Shown: positions 16,440 through 26,508, numbered from the stretch's first letter. The stretch: 40,447 nucleotides of DNA from Desulfonatronovibrionaceae bacterium (GCA_046539845.1 JBKHGE010000020.1:1-40447), one strand, 5' to 3'. The notes: generated by a model not told the origin, from the letters alone. A program made the numbers and translations.

Positions 16440-17120
16440 TCAGAAATAACCGAGTGAACGCAGGGTATCCAGTATCCCCTCCTTGGAAGCGTCCCTGCCG
16501 GAACGCTCCCCGGGCCCGGAGCCGCTCTCAGCAGTGCACGGCATACAGCCCAGAGAGCGGTATCCGCGGTCGTAAAGGGGGCAGTACTCCAGGTTCTCCT
16601 TCCAGATAAAGGTCCAGACGTCTATCTCTGTCCAGTGCAAAATTGGGTTGACCCTGGGACAAGGCAGCTTGGCGGTCTCAAAATAGGGGCGATCCCTTCG
16701 TGAGGGATGTTCATCCGCTCGGACTCCGGTTATCAGGCATTGGATGCCCAGGCGATTAACCGCTTTGTTCAGCGGGGCAACTTTTAAGTCCGTACAGCAC
16801 TTCAGCCTGTCTTCGGCTGCTGGATAGCCGGAGAGATCAAACCCTGGGCGGGCGATACAAAGCCCTATATCCCACCTGGATGCAATTTTGTCTCGGAATT
16901 CAATGACTTCCGGGAACTTGAACCCGGTATCCACGTTAAGGGCCCGGACTTTTGCCTTTTCTTTCCGCGCCTTAAGCACACCGGCCCAGAGACGCAGGGC
17001 CAAAGTGGAATCCTTGCCCCCGGTCCAAGCCACATATACCCGATCTGGATCATTATTCTCCAGGACCTGCATCAACTTTTGCCGGGACAGCTCCAGCTTG
17101 CGCTCCAAATCGGCGGACAT
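16440..17120 (-). CDS. PAPS/APS reductase-family (CysH/CysD-like) protein
   Basis: PP-loop WTGGKDS, DTGFKFPE, CCTDLKVAPL, TGVRADE, PILHWT, GYRSLGCMPCT, ERSGR. Confidence 0.85.
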   Translation of the reverse strand: MSADLERKLELSRQKLMQVLENNDPDRVYVAWTGGKDSTLALRLWAGVLKARKEKAKVRALNVDTGFKFPEVIEFRDKIASRWDIGLCIARPGFDLSGYPAAEDRLKCCTDLKVAPLNKAVNRLGIQCLITGVRADEHPSRRDRPYFETAKLPCPRVNPILHWTEIDVWTFIWKENLEYCPLYDRGYRSLGCMPCTAESGSGPGERSGRDASKEGILDTLRSLGYF

Positions 17121-17128
17121 GGGCAGCC

Positions 17129-18541
17129 TTACTGCCGGGAAACCGGAATATCCAACTCCGCCAGCCTGATCTCACCCTCCAGGGCGGCCATAAGCGGCTG
17201 CATGGCCTCTTTGAACCTGGGCATGTCCTGCTCCGGCACCGGTTCCACCGACGGGGATTTGATATCCAAAGGGTTTACGTACCGGCCGTTTTTTTTCATC
17301 CGGAAATCTAGATGCGGACCTGTCGAATATCCGGTTGTCCCTACATATCCTATGGTTTCGCCCTGCTTTACAGTCTCGCCCTCGCGCAGCCCGCGGGCGA
17401 AAGAGGACATATGATTATACACGGTGGTATACACACTATTGTGCCTTATCTTTACATACCTGCCCGCGGCCTTGGCATACGCCTTGGCCTCTACCTTTCC
17501 GTCCCCGATCGACTTTATCGGCGTACCCCGGGGGGCGGCATAATCGATCCCCAGATGCGGACGTCTCTTCTTGAGGATGGGATGTAGCCGGCTGTGGGAA
17601 TAACCGGAGGATATCCTGGAAAATTCCAGGGGGGCCTTTAAAAAGGCCTTGCGCACTGATTGGCCGTCCTCGTCAAAATAATCGCACCGGCCCCCGGACT
17701 CTTCAAATAAAAACGCGTTAAAGGCAGTGCCCTTGTTCACGAATCTGGCCGCCAAGATCTGGCCGTACCCGGAGAATTCCCCGTCTCTGTATCTCTTTTC
17801 TATCAATGCCCGGAAGGAGTCCCCTTTGCGTATATCTCGGACAAAGTCCACATCCCAGGCGAAAATATCAGCTAAACGCACCGGCAGAGCGGAACTCTCG
17901 CCGATCCTCTTGGCGGCCAGGAAAAGACTGTCTTTTATTTCCGCCTCAACCAGAACCTTTTTTACCTCATAGGGGATGTCCTTCTTTGCCGCCAAGAATT
18001 TTTCCCCGGAGAGTTCCACGCACAGCTTGCTCTCCCGATCAATTTCGTATTCAAATGCCTTTAAATCCCCCTGCTCGGTAGTCAAAACACGGTAGATATT
18101 CCCGGACTTGATTCGGTGCACAGGAAACACATCGGCGCAGGCGCGGGACATTTCATGGATCCGGGCCGGGGGCAGATAATCACCCAGTATGGAAGAGATA
18201 GTCTCCCCGGGACGGATCGTACCTTCATGGACTTTTAGCTCCGGTTCAAAGGAGTTGTCCTTTTCAGCCTGCTCCCCGCCCTGCAGGGGTTCAGTAGGCT
18301 CTTGGAGGATAACCGGAGGATTGTCACCAAAGCGGGACAATTCGGACCGTTCAAGATCCACGGGATCGGAATCCAGGGAAGATACACTGGCCTCTATGGG
18401 CGTACTGAAATCCTCGCCCCAGAAATAGAAAAAGGTACCGGCAAACAAAATACAGGTAAAAAGGACCGCCCACAGAGGCTTTTTACTCTTTTTACGCTTC
18501 AACCTGACCTGTCTGAGCTTCCGTACCTTGTAGTACTTCAT
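17129..18541 (-). CDS. M23-family peptidoglycan DD-endopeptidase (MepM-like)
   Basis: N-terminal basic stretch plus TM. RLHPIL..HLGIDYAAP (HxxxD), YNHM, STGPHLDF (HxH-like). Confidence 0.9.
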   Translation of the reverse strand: MKYYKVRKLRQVRLKRKKSKKPLWAVLFTCILFAGTFFYFWGEDFSTPIEASVSSLDSDPVDLERSELSRFGDNPPVILQEPTEPLQGGEQAEKDNSFEPELKVHEGTIRPGETISSILGDYLPPARIHEMSRACADVFPVHRIKSGNIYRVLTTEQGDLKAFEYEIDRESKLCVELSGEKFLAAKKDIPYEVKKVLVEAEIKDSLFLAAKRIGESSALPVRLADIFAWDVDFVRDIRKGDSFRALIEKRYRDGEFSGYGQILAARFVNKGTAFNAFLFEESGGRCDYFDEDGQSVRKAFLKAPLEFSRISSGYSHSRLHPILKKRRPHLGIDYAAPRGTPIKSIGDGKVEAKAYAKAAGRYVKIRHNSVYTTVYNHMSSFARGLREGETVKQGETIGYVGTTGYSTGPHLDFRMKKNGRYVNPLDIKSPSVEPVPEQDMPRFKEAMQPLMAALEGEIRLAELDIPVSRQ

Positions 18542-18847
18542 ATAATTTCCCTAAAAGTAATTGAATTCCGGAAAGATAGAGCAAACAATATAAATTTTCG
18601 CCCCGCATGCTTCTGGGTCTTTACAATAATTCCAGTATGGTTTTTAATACTGTTTAACTTATTCCCAAAGCATGTCAAGAAAAAAATCATATATTCCGGT
18701 TAGATCGAAAAATCAATTTACATATGAACCCAATAGAGCAAAAAGAAATTATTACAAGGTGTTACTTGAAGGAGAAAAACGGGTTTTCCGGGCCCTAATT
18801 GACTGTTTAAAAACACCTGCACCTCAGTCTGGAAAGGGCGCTGACCA

Positions 18848-19255
18848 ATGACCAATTACGAAGAAGTAAAAGTTTTTTTTCAAAAAAATGACCGGCTTGG
18901 ACAATACCTGGGAATAGAAATCGACGAAGTCCGGGAGGGCTTCTCCAGAACCAGGGTCAGACTTAGGCCGGAACTCCTTAACGGGGCCAACATCGCCCAC
19001 GGGGGGACCATTTTCGCCTTGGCCGACATAGCCTTTGGTGTGGCTGCAAACTCCAAAGGCGAGCTGGCCATAGGCATCGAGGCACACATCTCTTATATCC
19101 GTCCGGGAAAATCCGGTACCCTTTACGCGGAAGCAAAGGAAATCGGACAGAACTCCCGGACCTCCACCTATCAGGTCACGGTTCTGGACGAGGCAAAGCA
19201 GGTCCTGGCCCAATTCCAGGGAACCGCCTTCAAAAAAAAGGAGCGGCTCTTCTAA
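18848..19255 (+). CDS. PaaI-family hot-dog thioesterase
   Basis: LLNGANIAHGGTIFALADIAFGVAANS motif. Confidence 0.9.
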   Translation: MTNYEEVKVFFQKNDRLGQYLGIEIDEVREGFSRTRVRLRPELLNGANIAHGGTIFALADIAFGVAANSKGELAIGIEAHISYIRPGKSGTLYAEAKEIGQNSRTSTYQVTVLDEAKQVLAQFQGTAFKKKERLF

Positions 19256-19553
19256 ATTTTGTTTGGCCCGCCTCTCCCACAGTCAACCAGTCCACATACC
19301 CTGTAGTACTCGTTAGTAAGCTTGTCTCGATTTTTTCCAAAATCTTTTGACCAGGATATTCTGTTGCCGCCCATGCCGGCTGGGAATCCCGCTTTCCGGA
19401 CAGACGAACCCGGCAAAGACGCCGGGGTTTATTTGCCGGAGCAAAGTCTTAAACAGGGGCCCACTCTTAGGGTCAGTATTGACAATCAGCCATCCGGACT
19501 TAAATTTCACACAGACAGATAAATGCCGAAATCAAATCCAACGGGAGTACATA

Positions 19554-21980
19554 ATGAGTGAAGACAGAAACAAAAACGCAGAGATAATGATTGAAGACCC
19601 TTCCGTGGCGGACGAGGAATCCCGTGACGAAGAGATGAACATCCCGGAATCCCTGCCGCTTTTGCCGGTCAGGGATATTGTGGTCTTCAACTATATGATC
19701 CTGCCCTTGTTCGTGGGTCGTGAAAAGAGTGTACGTGCGGTGGATGCCGCCCTGAACAGCAGCCGCTATGTCCTGATCTGTACCCAGAAGGACGACAAAG
19801 TGGACGACCCAAGCGAAGAGGATATCTACCGGGTAGGCACCGTGGCCATGATCATGCGCATGCTCAAGATGCCGGACGGCCGTTTAAAGGTCCTGGTCCA
19901 GGGCTTAAGCCGGGCCAGGATCAAGGAATACGTGTCTGGCGAGGAATATAATGAAGCCCGGATAGAATTGATCAAGGAAAGGGAGATCAAGGAATTCGGC
20001 CCGGAGGGCGAGGCCCTGCTCCGCGTGGGGAGGGAGCAGACGGAAAAGGTGCTCAGCCTGCGGGGGATAGACTCCTCGGAGATAATGGCGGTTTTGAACA
20101 ATGTGGACGAACACGGCCGCCTGGCCGATCTTATAGCCTCCAACCTGAGGATGAAGACGGAAACCGCCCAGAAGATATTGGAATGCGAAGACCCGGTGGA
20201 GAGACTGAAAATGGTCAATGACCAACTCTCCAAGGAGGTCGAGGTAGCCTCCATGCAGGCCAAGATCCAAAACTCGGCCAAAGAGGGCATGGACAAGGCG
20301 CAGCGGGAGTATTTCCTGCGCGAGCAGCTCAAGGCCATCCGCAAAGAGCTTGGAGACACCGGAGACAATGGTGAGGAAATAGAGGAACTGCGGGAGAGTC
20401 TGGAAAAGGCCAAGCTTCCGGCCAAAGTGCACAAGGAAGCGGAGAAGCAGCTCAAACGCTTGGACGGCATGCACCCGGACTCGTCTGAGGCCACCGTGGT
20501 CCGGACCTATCTGGAATGGCTGGCCGAACTCCCGTGGCAAAAACTTTCCAAGGACAGGCTGGATATTACAAAGGCGGAAAAAATCCTAAACGAGGATCAC
20601 TACGACTTGGAAAAGGTCAAGGAAAGGATCCTGGAGTACTTGAGCGTACGCAAGCTAAACCCGAAGATGAAGGGCCCTATCCTCTGCTTTGTGGGGCCTC
20701 CCGGAGTGGGCAAGACCTCGCTGGGGAAATCCATAGCCCGTGCCCTGAACAGGAAGTTCGTGCGCATGTCCCTAGGCGGGATGCGGGACGAAGCCGAAAT
20801 CCGCGGCCACAGAAGGACCTATATCGGGGCCATGCCCGGCCGGATCATCCAGGGCCTGAAGGAAGCCGGCAAGCGTAATCCGGTGTTCATGCTGGATGAG
20901 ATCGACAAGGTGGGCACTGATTTCCGGGGAGACCCCTCTTCCGCGCTCCTGGAGGTCCTGGATCCGGAACAAAATTACACCTTTACCGATCACTACTTGA
21001 ATGTACCCTTTGATCTGTCCAAGGTCATGTTCATCTGCACGGCGAACATCCTGGACACCATTCCTTCCGCGCTCCAGGACCGCATGGAGATCATCCGCAT
21101 CCCCGGATACACGGAGCAGGAAAAAATCCGGATCGCCCGCAGATACCTTTTGCCCAGGCAGATCCAGGAAAACGGGCTCAGCGACTATCAGATAAATATA
21201 AGCGACAACACCATCTCTCGGGTTATCCACGGCTATACGCGGGAGGCTGGTCTGCGCAACCTGGAACGGGAGCTGGGAGGGATTTGCCGCAAGCTGACCC
21301 GCAGAGTGGCTGAAGGACAAAAAGGACCCTTCCGGGTGACCCCGAATCAGCTGGAAAAACTCCTCGGTGTCCCCCCGTACATGGAAGAGGACCGGGAGAA
21401 AGAACTCCCCCCAGGAGTGGCTCTTGGACTGGCCTGGACCCCGCACGGCGGGGAAATACTACATGTAGAGGCCAGCACCATGCCCGGCAAGGGGAAACTG
21501 ACACTGACCGGCCAGCTGGGAGACGTGATGAAGGAGTCCGCTCAGGCGGCCCTCAGCTATGCCCGGGCCCGGACCGGAGATCTGGGACTGGACTCGGATT
21601 TCGCGGAGAAAAAGGACGTGCATATCCATGTCCCGGCCGGGGCCACTCCCAAGGACGGGCCCTCGGCCGGGGTCACCCTGGTGGCCGCTCTTATCTCCGC
21701 TTTAACCGGGAATCCTCTCCGCGACGATTTGGCCATGACCGGGGAAATCACTCTGCGCGGCCGGGTCCTGCCGGTGGGCGGGATCAAGGAAAAGATACTG
21801 GCTGCGGCCGGAGCGGGTATAGAGCTGGTGATCATCCCGGAGAAAAACAAAAAAGACTTCGAGGATATCCCGGCCGAGCTCAGGCGCAAGGTAAAAATAA
21901 TGACAGTGCAAAATATCGATGAAGTCTGGCCGTTGGTGATCGAGGAGGATAAACGGCAATCGGCCTCCGCAACCGAATAG
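19554..21980 (+). CDS. lon: Lon ATP-dependent protease
   Basis: LPLLPVRDIVVF Lon-N domain, Walker A GPPGVGKTS, DEIDK, catalytic PKDGPSAG and GGIKEK. Start placed at ATG 19554 after GGGAG. Confidence 0.97.
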   Translation: MSEDRNKNAEIMIEDPSVADEESRDEEMNIPESLPLLPVRDIVVFNYMILPLFVGREKSVRAVDAALNSSRYVLICTQKDDKVDDPSEEDIYRVGTVAMIMRMLKMPDGRLKVLVQGLSRARIKEYVSGEEYNEARIELIKEREIKEFGPEGEALLRVGREQTEKVLSLRGIDSSEIMAVLNNVDEHGRLADLIASNLRMKTETAQKILECEDPVERLKMVNDQLSKEVEVASMQAKIQNSAKEGMDKAQREYFLREQLKAIRKELGDTGDNGEEIEELRESLEKAKLPAKVHKEAEKQLKRLDGMHPDSSEATVVRTYLEWLAELPWQKLSKDRLDITKAEKILNEDHYDLEKVKERILEYLSVRKLNPKMKGPILCFVGPPGVGKTSLGKSIARALNRKFVRMSLGGMRDEAEIRGHRRTYIGAMPGRIIQGLKEAGKRNPVFMLDEIDKVGTDFRGDPSSALLEVLDPEQNYTFTDHYLNVPFDLSKVMFICTANILDTIPSALQDRMEIIRIPGYTEQEKIRIARRYLLPRQIQENGLSDYQINISDNTISRVIHGYTREAGLRNLERELGGICRKLTRRVAEGQKGPFRVTPNQLEKLLGVPPYMEEDREKELPPGVALGLAWTPHGGEILHVEASTMPGKGKLTLTGQLGDVMKESAQAALSYARARTGDLGLDSDFAEKKDVHIHVPAGATPKDGPSAGVTLVAALISALTGNPLRDDLAMTGEITLRGRVLPVGGIKEKILAAAGAGIELVIIPEKNKKDFEDIPAELRRKVKIMTVQNIDEVWPLVIEEDKRQSASATE

Positions 21981-22075
21981 AATATTTTCCTGGACCATTT
22001 GCGAGTATAGGCCAAGAGCATATAAGAAGTATATTGGATCGCAAAGACGCGAAATACGCGAGGTTCAATGCTGAC

Positions 22076-22106
22076 TTTCAATTTGCCGTTTCCCGGCAAA
22101 TTGAAA
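22076..22106. repeat. Perfect 13-bp inverted repeat
   Basis: TTTCAATTTGCCG-TTTCC-CGGCAAATTGAAA. Confidence 0.85.
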
Positions 22107-22132
22107 TATGCTTTTCCTTGGCTAGTTTCGTG

Positions 22133-22178
22133 CCCCCCGTCCGGCACTCAGGATCACTGAGTGCCGGACGGGGGGTTT
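22133..22178. terminator. Perfect 19-bp GC-rich hairpin between the convergent lon and CBS genes; probable terminator
   Basis: CCCCCCGTCCGGCACTCAG-GATCA-CTGAGTGCCGGACGGGGGG followed by only TTT. Confidence 0.65.
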
Positions 22179-22277
22179 AAAAACTCATTTTCGATCAACT
22201 GACTTTGTCCTCGTTACGGGTACGATGAATAGTTACAATACATTATTCATCCCCTTGGGAGGCTTAAAGGCGAGCGG

Positions 22278-22757
22278 CTACCACTCCTCCACGTCCCGGG
22301 CAATCTCCTTGTACAAATCCGACAAAAGGATCAGACCCATTATCCGCCCCCCTTCGGCCACAATCGCTCTGCCCCGGCGGTAGTCCAAGAATATCTCCAT
22401 TATCCGGGCCAAGGGGTCGTTCGGTTTAACCACAGGCACGTCCTTCTGGACGAAATCTTTGAGCCGGACCTGGGAACACAGCCGGCAGGCCCTGTTGAAC
22501 GCCTGGTCCCAATCCACATCGCGCTCCGTGAACCCGGTGCTCTTGAGCAGACAGGGGCCCATGGCCTGCAATATATTCCACATGGAAACCACACCGACGT
22601 ACTCATCCCTGGAGGTGAAGACAAGCCCGCAATTGATATCCGGCTGCTGCCTGCGGACCTTGTTCATCTCCTTTATCACCTGAGTCAGACTGGCATCATC
22701 CTGTACCCGGGGAAATTCTTCGCGCATTATATCCCAAGCCCGCATGCGTAGAAGCAT
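22278..22757 (-). CDS. CBS-domain pair protein
   Basis: RAWDIM..P.V.DDASL, YVGVVS, VPVVKPNDPL, IMGLILLSDL. GGGAGG RBS. Confidence 0.85.
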   Translation of the reverse strand: MLLRMRAWDIMREEFPRVQDDASLTQVIKEMNKVRRQQPDINCGLVFTSRDEYVGVVSMWNILQAMGPCLLKSTGFTERDVDWDQAFNRACRLCSQVRLKDFVQKDVPVVKPNDPLARIMEIFLDYRRGRAIVAEGGRIMGLILLSDLYKEIARDVEEW

Positions 22758-22871
22758 CTATCCCTCCCTGCTGTTTAGTCCTTATCCAAATATATATACT
22801 ATCTTCCCGCTTTAGTGACTACTCCTAAAACCCGCTCTAGAAATATAAGGCCTCGGATTTAAATAAAAATC

Positions 22872-24116
22872 TCAGTCAAAATCAGCCAAAAGCGCTCCGA
22901 TATGCAGTTCGTCCAGAAGCGAGACCTGCTGATACCTGCTCCGGATACGCCATTGGGCCTGCTGCAGCTGTTCATTGGTTATTCCGTTCCTGGTCGCGGT
23001 ATAGGCCTCAATAAAAGCGGCCAGATTGTCGCAGACCTTGAGCATCTCTCCGTCCTTGGGGTCGAAGCGGTCCGAGTTAAAGTCCTTTTGCAGAGCTTCC
23101 AGAGATACCCGGCTGACCTCTCCGTTTTGGATAATCGAGGAATTGAACTCCGAACCAACCTCCATGCCCAGCAGATACTTGATCCGATTTTCCAGGCGGT
23201 GATATCCGCCGGTCCGTAGCGGACTGAATATCCGGCGCTCCAGCTCGGAATTCTCGTATTCCTTGATGAGGTCGCCTATACGCATGACCGATTGTTTGAC
23301 CGGGGAAATGATGTCCCGGGTCAAGAGCTCGGGTACGTCATGCAGGAGCCCGGCAAAGAAATTGTTCTGGCAGCGCAAAGGGCACGCCTTCAGGGCTAGG
23401 CTGAAGAAATAGGCGTAACAGGCAACAATAAACATGTGCCCCAGAACCGAGGTCTCCGGGATACGCGGGGTCTGGGACCACCTCTTCTGGAAACGTAGCT
23501 GCCCGCAGACGTGGACAAACCTGCCCAGCTCGGTGCTCGGCCCGTCTATGAGCTCCCTCATTCCCTGCAAATCCGCATACTCCTCCAAATGGCGGGAAAA
23601 GGTGCCCTCTATCTCCAGGAGCTCGTCATCCACGGGATTGACGCCCTTGATAAGATCAAACTCCCGGGAGCTGGCATAGACATGAGCGGCCTGAAGGATG
23701 CGGGTGCCCAGGTCATTTTCCCCGGGATCCAGAAAATAGCTCTCCATCCCCTTGCAGAACTCCTCGCCCAGGGGCTGCAGCCTCGGCTGGAGCTGCTCCA
23801 AAACCCAGCGGGTCAATTGCTGATAGTGCGCCGGATTGGCCTTGATCTTATAAAAGACCGGAGGCTTGATATCGGTTATAATCAGTCGGTAGAGATACTC
23901 GAATATCCCCCCGCGGACTATCTTCGTGCCCAGCCGGGCCGCCTCTTCCCGGGACATGTCGGAAGTGTTCAGCTGGAACAGAACCAGGGCGGCAATCATT
24001 TTATGCGCCTGCTTGTCCACTTCCACCAGTTCCATGGGACGCATCTTGTCATTCCAGCGTTTCATGAACGAGCCGGAAAAAATAAGTTGCAAAATCCCCT
24101 TTCTTATACTAGGCAC
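22872..24116 (-). CDS. HD-domain protein with tandem YfbR-like repeats
   Basis: C-terminal KRWS..ETSVLGH...LLHDVPELLTRDIISPVK...CDNLAAFIEA. The N-terminal repeat KRWN...AHK...TDIKPPV is degenerate. GTG start with GGAGG RBS. Confidence 0.82.
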   Translation of the reverse strand: MPSIRKGILQLIFSGSFMKRWNDKMRPMELVEVDKQAHKMIAALVLFQLNTSDMSREEAARLGTKIVRGGIFEYLYRLIITDIKPPVFYKIKANPAHYQQLTRWVLEQLQPRLQPLGEEFCKGMESYFLDPGENDLGTRILQAAHVYASSREFDLIKGVNPVDDELLEIEGTFSRHLEEYADLQGMRELIDGPSTELGRFVHVCGQLRFQKRWSQTPRIPETSVLGHMFIVACYAYFFSLALKACPLRCQNNFFAGLLHDVPELLTRDIISPVKQSVMRIGDLIKEYENSELERRIFSPLRTGGYHRLENRIKYLLGMEVGSEFNSSIIQNGEVSRVSLEALQKDFNSDRFDPKDGEMLKVCDNLAAFIEAYTATRNGITNEQLQQAQWRIRSRYQQVSLLDELHIGALLADFD

Positions 24117-24252
24117 TTTCCCTCCAGCGTTTCGGAGTTATTTCGTTTTTCCTTCACCCGCTACATTCGTGAACGAAATCAACTCGTTTTGTTTTTTAAG
24201 CCAAAAGAGGCGCAGGCGCAAGATCAAGCTCAAAAGCGTGCTTATTTTATTA

Positions 24253-24281
24253 TTGACTTTTTTAGAGCGTCAAACTAAAAG
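24253..24281 (+). promoter_or_regulatory. Putative sigma70 promoter of rplM-rpsI
   Basis: TTGACT, 17 nt spacer, TAAAAG, with an AT-rich UP-like tract upstream. Confidence 0.5.
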
Positions 24282-24313
24282 TTTCTGTTTTCGATCACCA
24301 AGGAGAAGGCAGC

Positions 24314-24742
24314 ATGAAGACATATAGCCCCAAGCCCAATGAAGTGGAGCGCAAATGGTACGTGGTGGACGGGACAGGCAAGACCCTGGGCCGCATGGCC
24401 ACCGCGATCGCCCGCAAGCTGAGCGGCAAGGACAAACCAGAGTATGCCCGGCACGTGGATACCGGGGACTTTGTTGTCGTGATCAACGCGGACAAAATCA
24501 AATTGACCGGAAACAAGACCGAGCAGAAGAAATACTACCGGCACAGCGGATATCCGGGCGGGATCAAGGAAACCCCGTTCACGGTGATGCTGGACAAAAA
24601 ACCGGAGTACGTCATCAAGCATGCGGTCAAGGGTATGCTCCCCAAAAACCGGCTGGGCACCCAGCAGCTCAAGAAACTCAAGGTCTACACCGGCGGCGAT
24701 CATCCGCACGAGGCCCAGCAGCCGCAGCCGCTGCAAATCTAA
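24314..24742 (+). CDS. rplM: 50S ribosomal protein uL13
   Basis: [51 protein letters not shown]. Confidence 0.98.
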   Translation: MKTYSPKPNEVERKWYVVDGTGKTLGRMATAIARKLSGKDKPEYARHVDTGDFVVVINADKIKLTGNKTEQKKYYRHSGYPGGIKETPFTVMLDKKPEYVIKHAVKGMLPKNRLGTQQLKKLKVYTGGDHPHEAQQPQPLQI

Positions 24743-24763
24743 TTTCACGAGGGAAAGAAAAAC

Positions 24764-25156
24764 ATGAGCCAGGATTTTTACTACGGAACAGGACGCAGAA
24801 AGAACGCAGTCGCCCGGACCAGGATGTACGAGGGCCAAGGCCGCATTTTGGTCAACAACCGCCCTTTTGACGACTATTTTCCCCGGGCCACCCTGCAGAT
24901 GGTTGTCCAGCAGCCCCTAAAGCTGACCAAAACGGACAGCAAGGTGGACATCAAGATCAATGTCCAGGGAGGCGGACTCGCTGGCCAGGCGGAAGCGGTC
25001 CGGCACGGTATAAGCCGCGCCCTTCTTAAATATGATGAAGACCTGCGTGCCCCTCTGAAAAAAGCCGGCTATCTGACCCGGGACGCCCGGGCCGTGGAAA
25101 GGAAAAAATACGGTCAACGCGGTGCACGGGCCAAATACCAGTATTCCAAACGTTAA
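24764..25156 (+). CDS. rpsI: 30S ribosomal protein uS9
   Basis: [50 protein letters not shown]. Confidence 0.98.
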   Translation: MSQDFYYGTGRRKNAVARTRMYEGQGRILVNNRPFDDYFPRATLQMVVQQPLKLTKTDSKVDIKINVQGGGLAGQAEAVRHGISRALLKYDEDLRAPLKKAGYLTRDARAVERKKYGQRGARAKYQYSKR

Positions 25157-25185
25157 ACCGTTCTTGCTAGCCGTTTCCCAGATAC

Positions 25186-25215
25186 AAAAGGCAGGGTGTC
25201 CACCCTGCCTTTTTT
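25186..25215 (+). terminator. Rho-independent terminator of rplM-rpsI
   Basis: AAAAGGCAGGGTG-TC-CACCCTGCC followed by a T run. Confidence 0.85.
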
Positions 25216-25245
25216 GGTTCAGTCGTTAAAAGGCATGAGTTATCC

Positions 25246-26508
25246 ATGGGCAAAAAAATAAAGCCCGGCCTGGTCTATGCGGACCGGGACGGAAATATAT
25301 TCGACGAGCCGGAGCTTTTGATGCTTTGCAGGCAGGGCCGGGAAATCACACTTCCCCGGCCGGATGAATTGATGCCCCTGCCCGAGGAAAGCGAGCTCTA
25401 CCTCCTTCCGGACCGGGACGCCCTCGGATTTGACCCGCATAGCGGGAAAATAGAAAGAGCCCCTTTTTCTGCTGTGGCCGCCTTTGTAAGTCCGGGGCAT
25501 ACCCTATCCGGCACGGCCGCTTATGGCTCAAGACCGGAAGCGGAAAAACTCCCCCTCTTTTCCTATGCGGCTGTGGGGTATGCCCGAGGCCGCTTCTGGG
25601 TGACCGCCCGCCGGGTGGACGAAGATAAAAGACAGGTATTTTCCCATATTGACCAAAAAGATGTGGAAAAAGGTGCTGCCCGGCTCCTTAAAAAATTCCC
25701 CAGCAACCGTCTGGTCGCCCATCTGACCCGCTGCGCTCTTACCTATTGCTGCCCTGCGGCCAAAAACCTGGCTCTGGGCCGGTTTGAATGCCCTCTGCCC
25801 ACGGCCAGGCACTGCAACGCCCGCTGCGTGGGCTGTATTTCCAGGCAAGAACAGGAGACGGGGCTAACCCCCCCGCAGAACAGAATCGATTTCCGGCCCA
25901 GCGCAGCAGAAATAAACCAGATCATGGATGCGCACGCGCAAAAAGAAAAAAGGCCTATTTTTTCCTTTGGCCAGGGCTGCGAGGGAGAGCCCCTCCTGGA
26001 GTCCGAACTTTTGACCGGGGCTGTGGAGCAGTACCGCAAAAACGGTGGTCCGGGCACGGTAAACATCAATACCAACGCCAGCCTGCCTGAAAGCATACCC
26101 AGACTGGCCGGGGCCGGGTTCGACTCTGTACGGGTCAGTCTGAACAGCGCCCGGCCGGATAAATATCACGCCTATTACCGTCCGGCCTCGTATACCTTTA
26201 CCGATGTCCGCGCAAGCATCAAACAAGCCAAAGCGCACAGGTTATTTGTGTCTCTCAATTACCTGTTCTTTCCGGGCGTAAACGATACGGAGCAGGAGTT
26301 TGAGGCCCTTGTCGAGCTTATCCGTTCCTGCGGCGCGGATTTTATCCAGATGCGCAACCTGAATCTGGACCCGGAACTCTACCTGAACCTGGTGGGAAGG
26401 GAAGACAACGGCGGGGGAAGGATGGGGCTGAACAATTTCCTGCACAGACTGGGCAAGAAATGCCCCGGGCTGCAGTTCGGATACTTCAATCCATATCTGT
26501 CCGGATGA
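25246..26508 (+). CDS. Radical SAM protein of unknown function with long N-terminal extension
   Basis: CNARCVGC (CxxxCxxC), FGQGCEGEPLL, NINTNAS, SVRVSLNS. Confidence 0.88.
   Translation: MGKKIKPGLVYADRDGNIFDEPELLMLCRQGREITLPRPDELMPLPEESELYLLPDRDALGFDPHSGKIERAPFSAVAAFVSPGHTLSGTAAYGSRPEAEKLPLFSYAAVGYARGRFWVTARRVDEDKRQVFSHIDQKDVEKGAARLLKKFPSNRLVAHLTRCALTYCCPAAKNLALGRFECPLPTARHCNARCVGCISRQEQETGLTPPQNRIDFRPSAAEINQIMDAHAQKEKRPIFSFGQGCEGEPLLESELLTGAVEQYRKNGGPGTVNINTNASLPESIPRLAGAGFDSVRVSLNSARPDKYHAYYRPASYTFTDVRASIKQAKAHRLFVSLNYLFFPGVNDTEQEFEALVELIRSCGADFIQMRNLNLDPELYLNLVGREDNGGGRMGLNNFLHRLGKKCPGLQFGYFNPYLSG

Noticed and set aside
19347..19553. 69-aa N-terminal extension of Lon in the ORF track
   Set aside because: TTG start without an RBS. 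It spans a TTGACA promoter-like region, and ATG 19554 has a GGGAG RBS.
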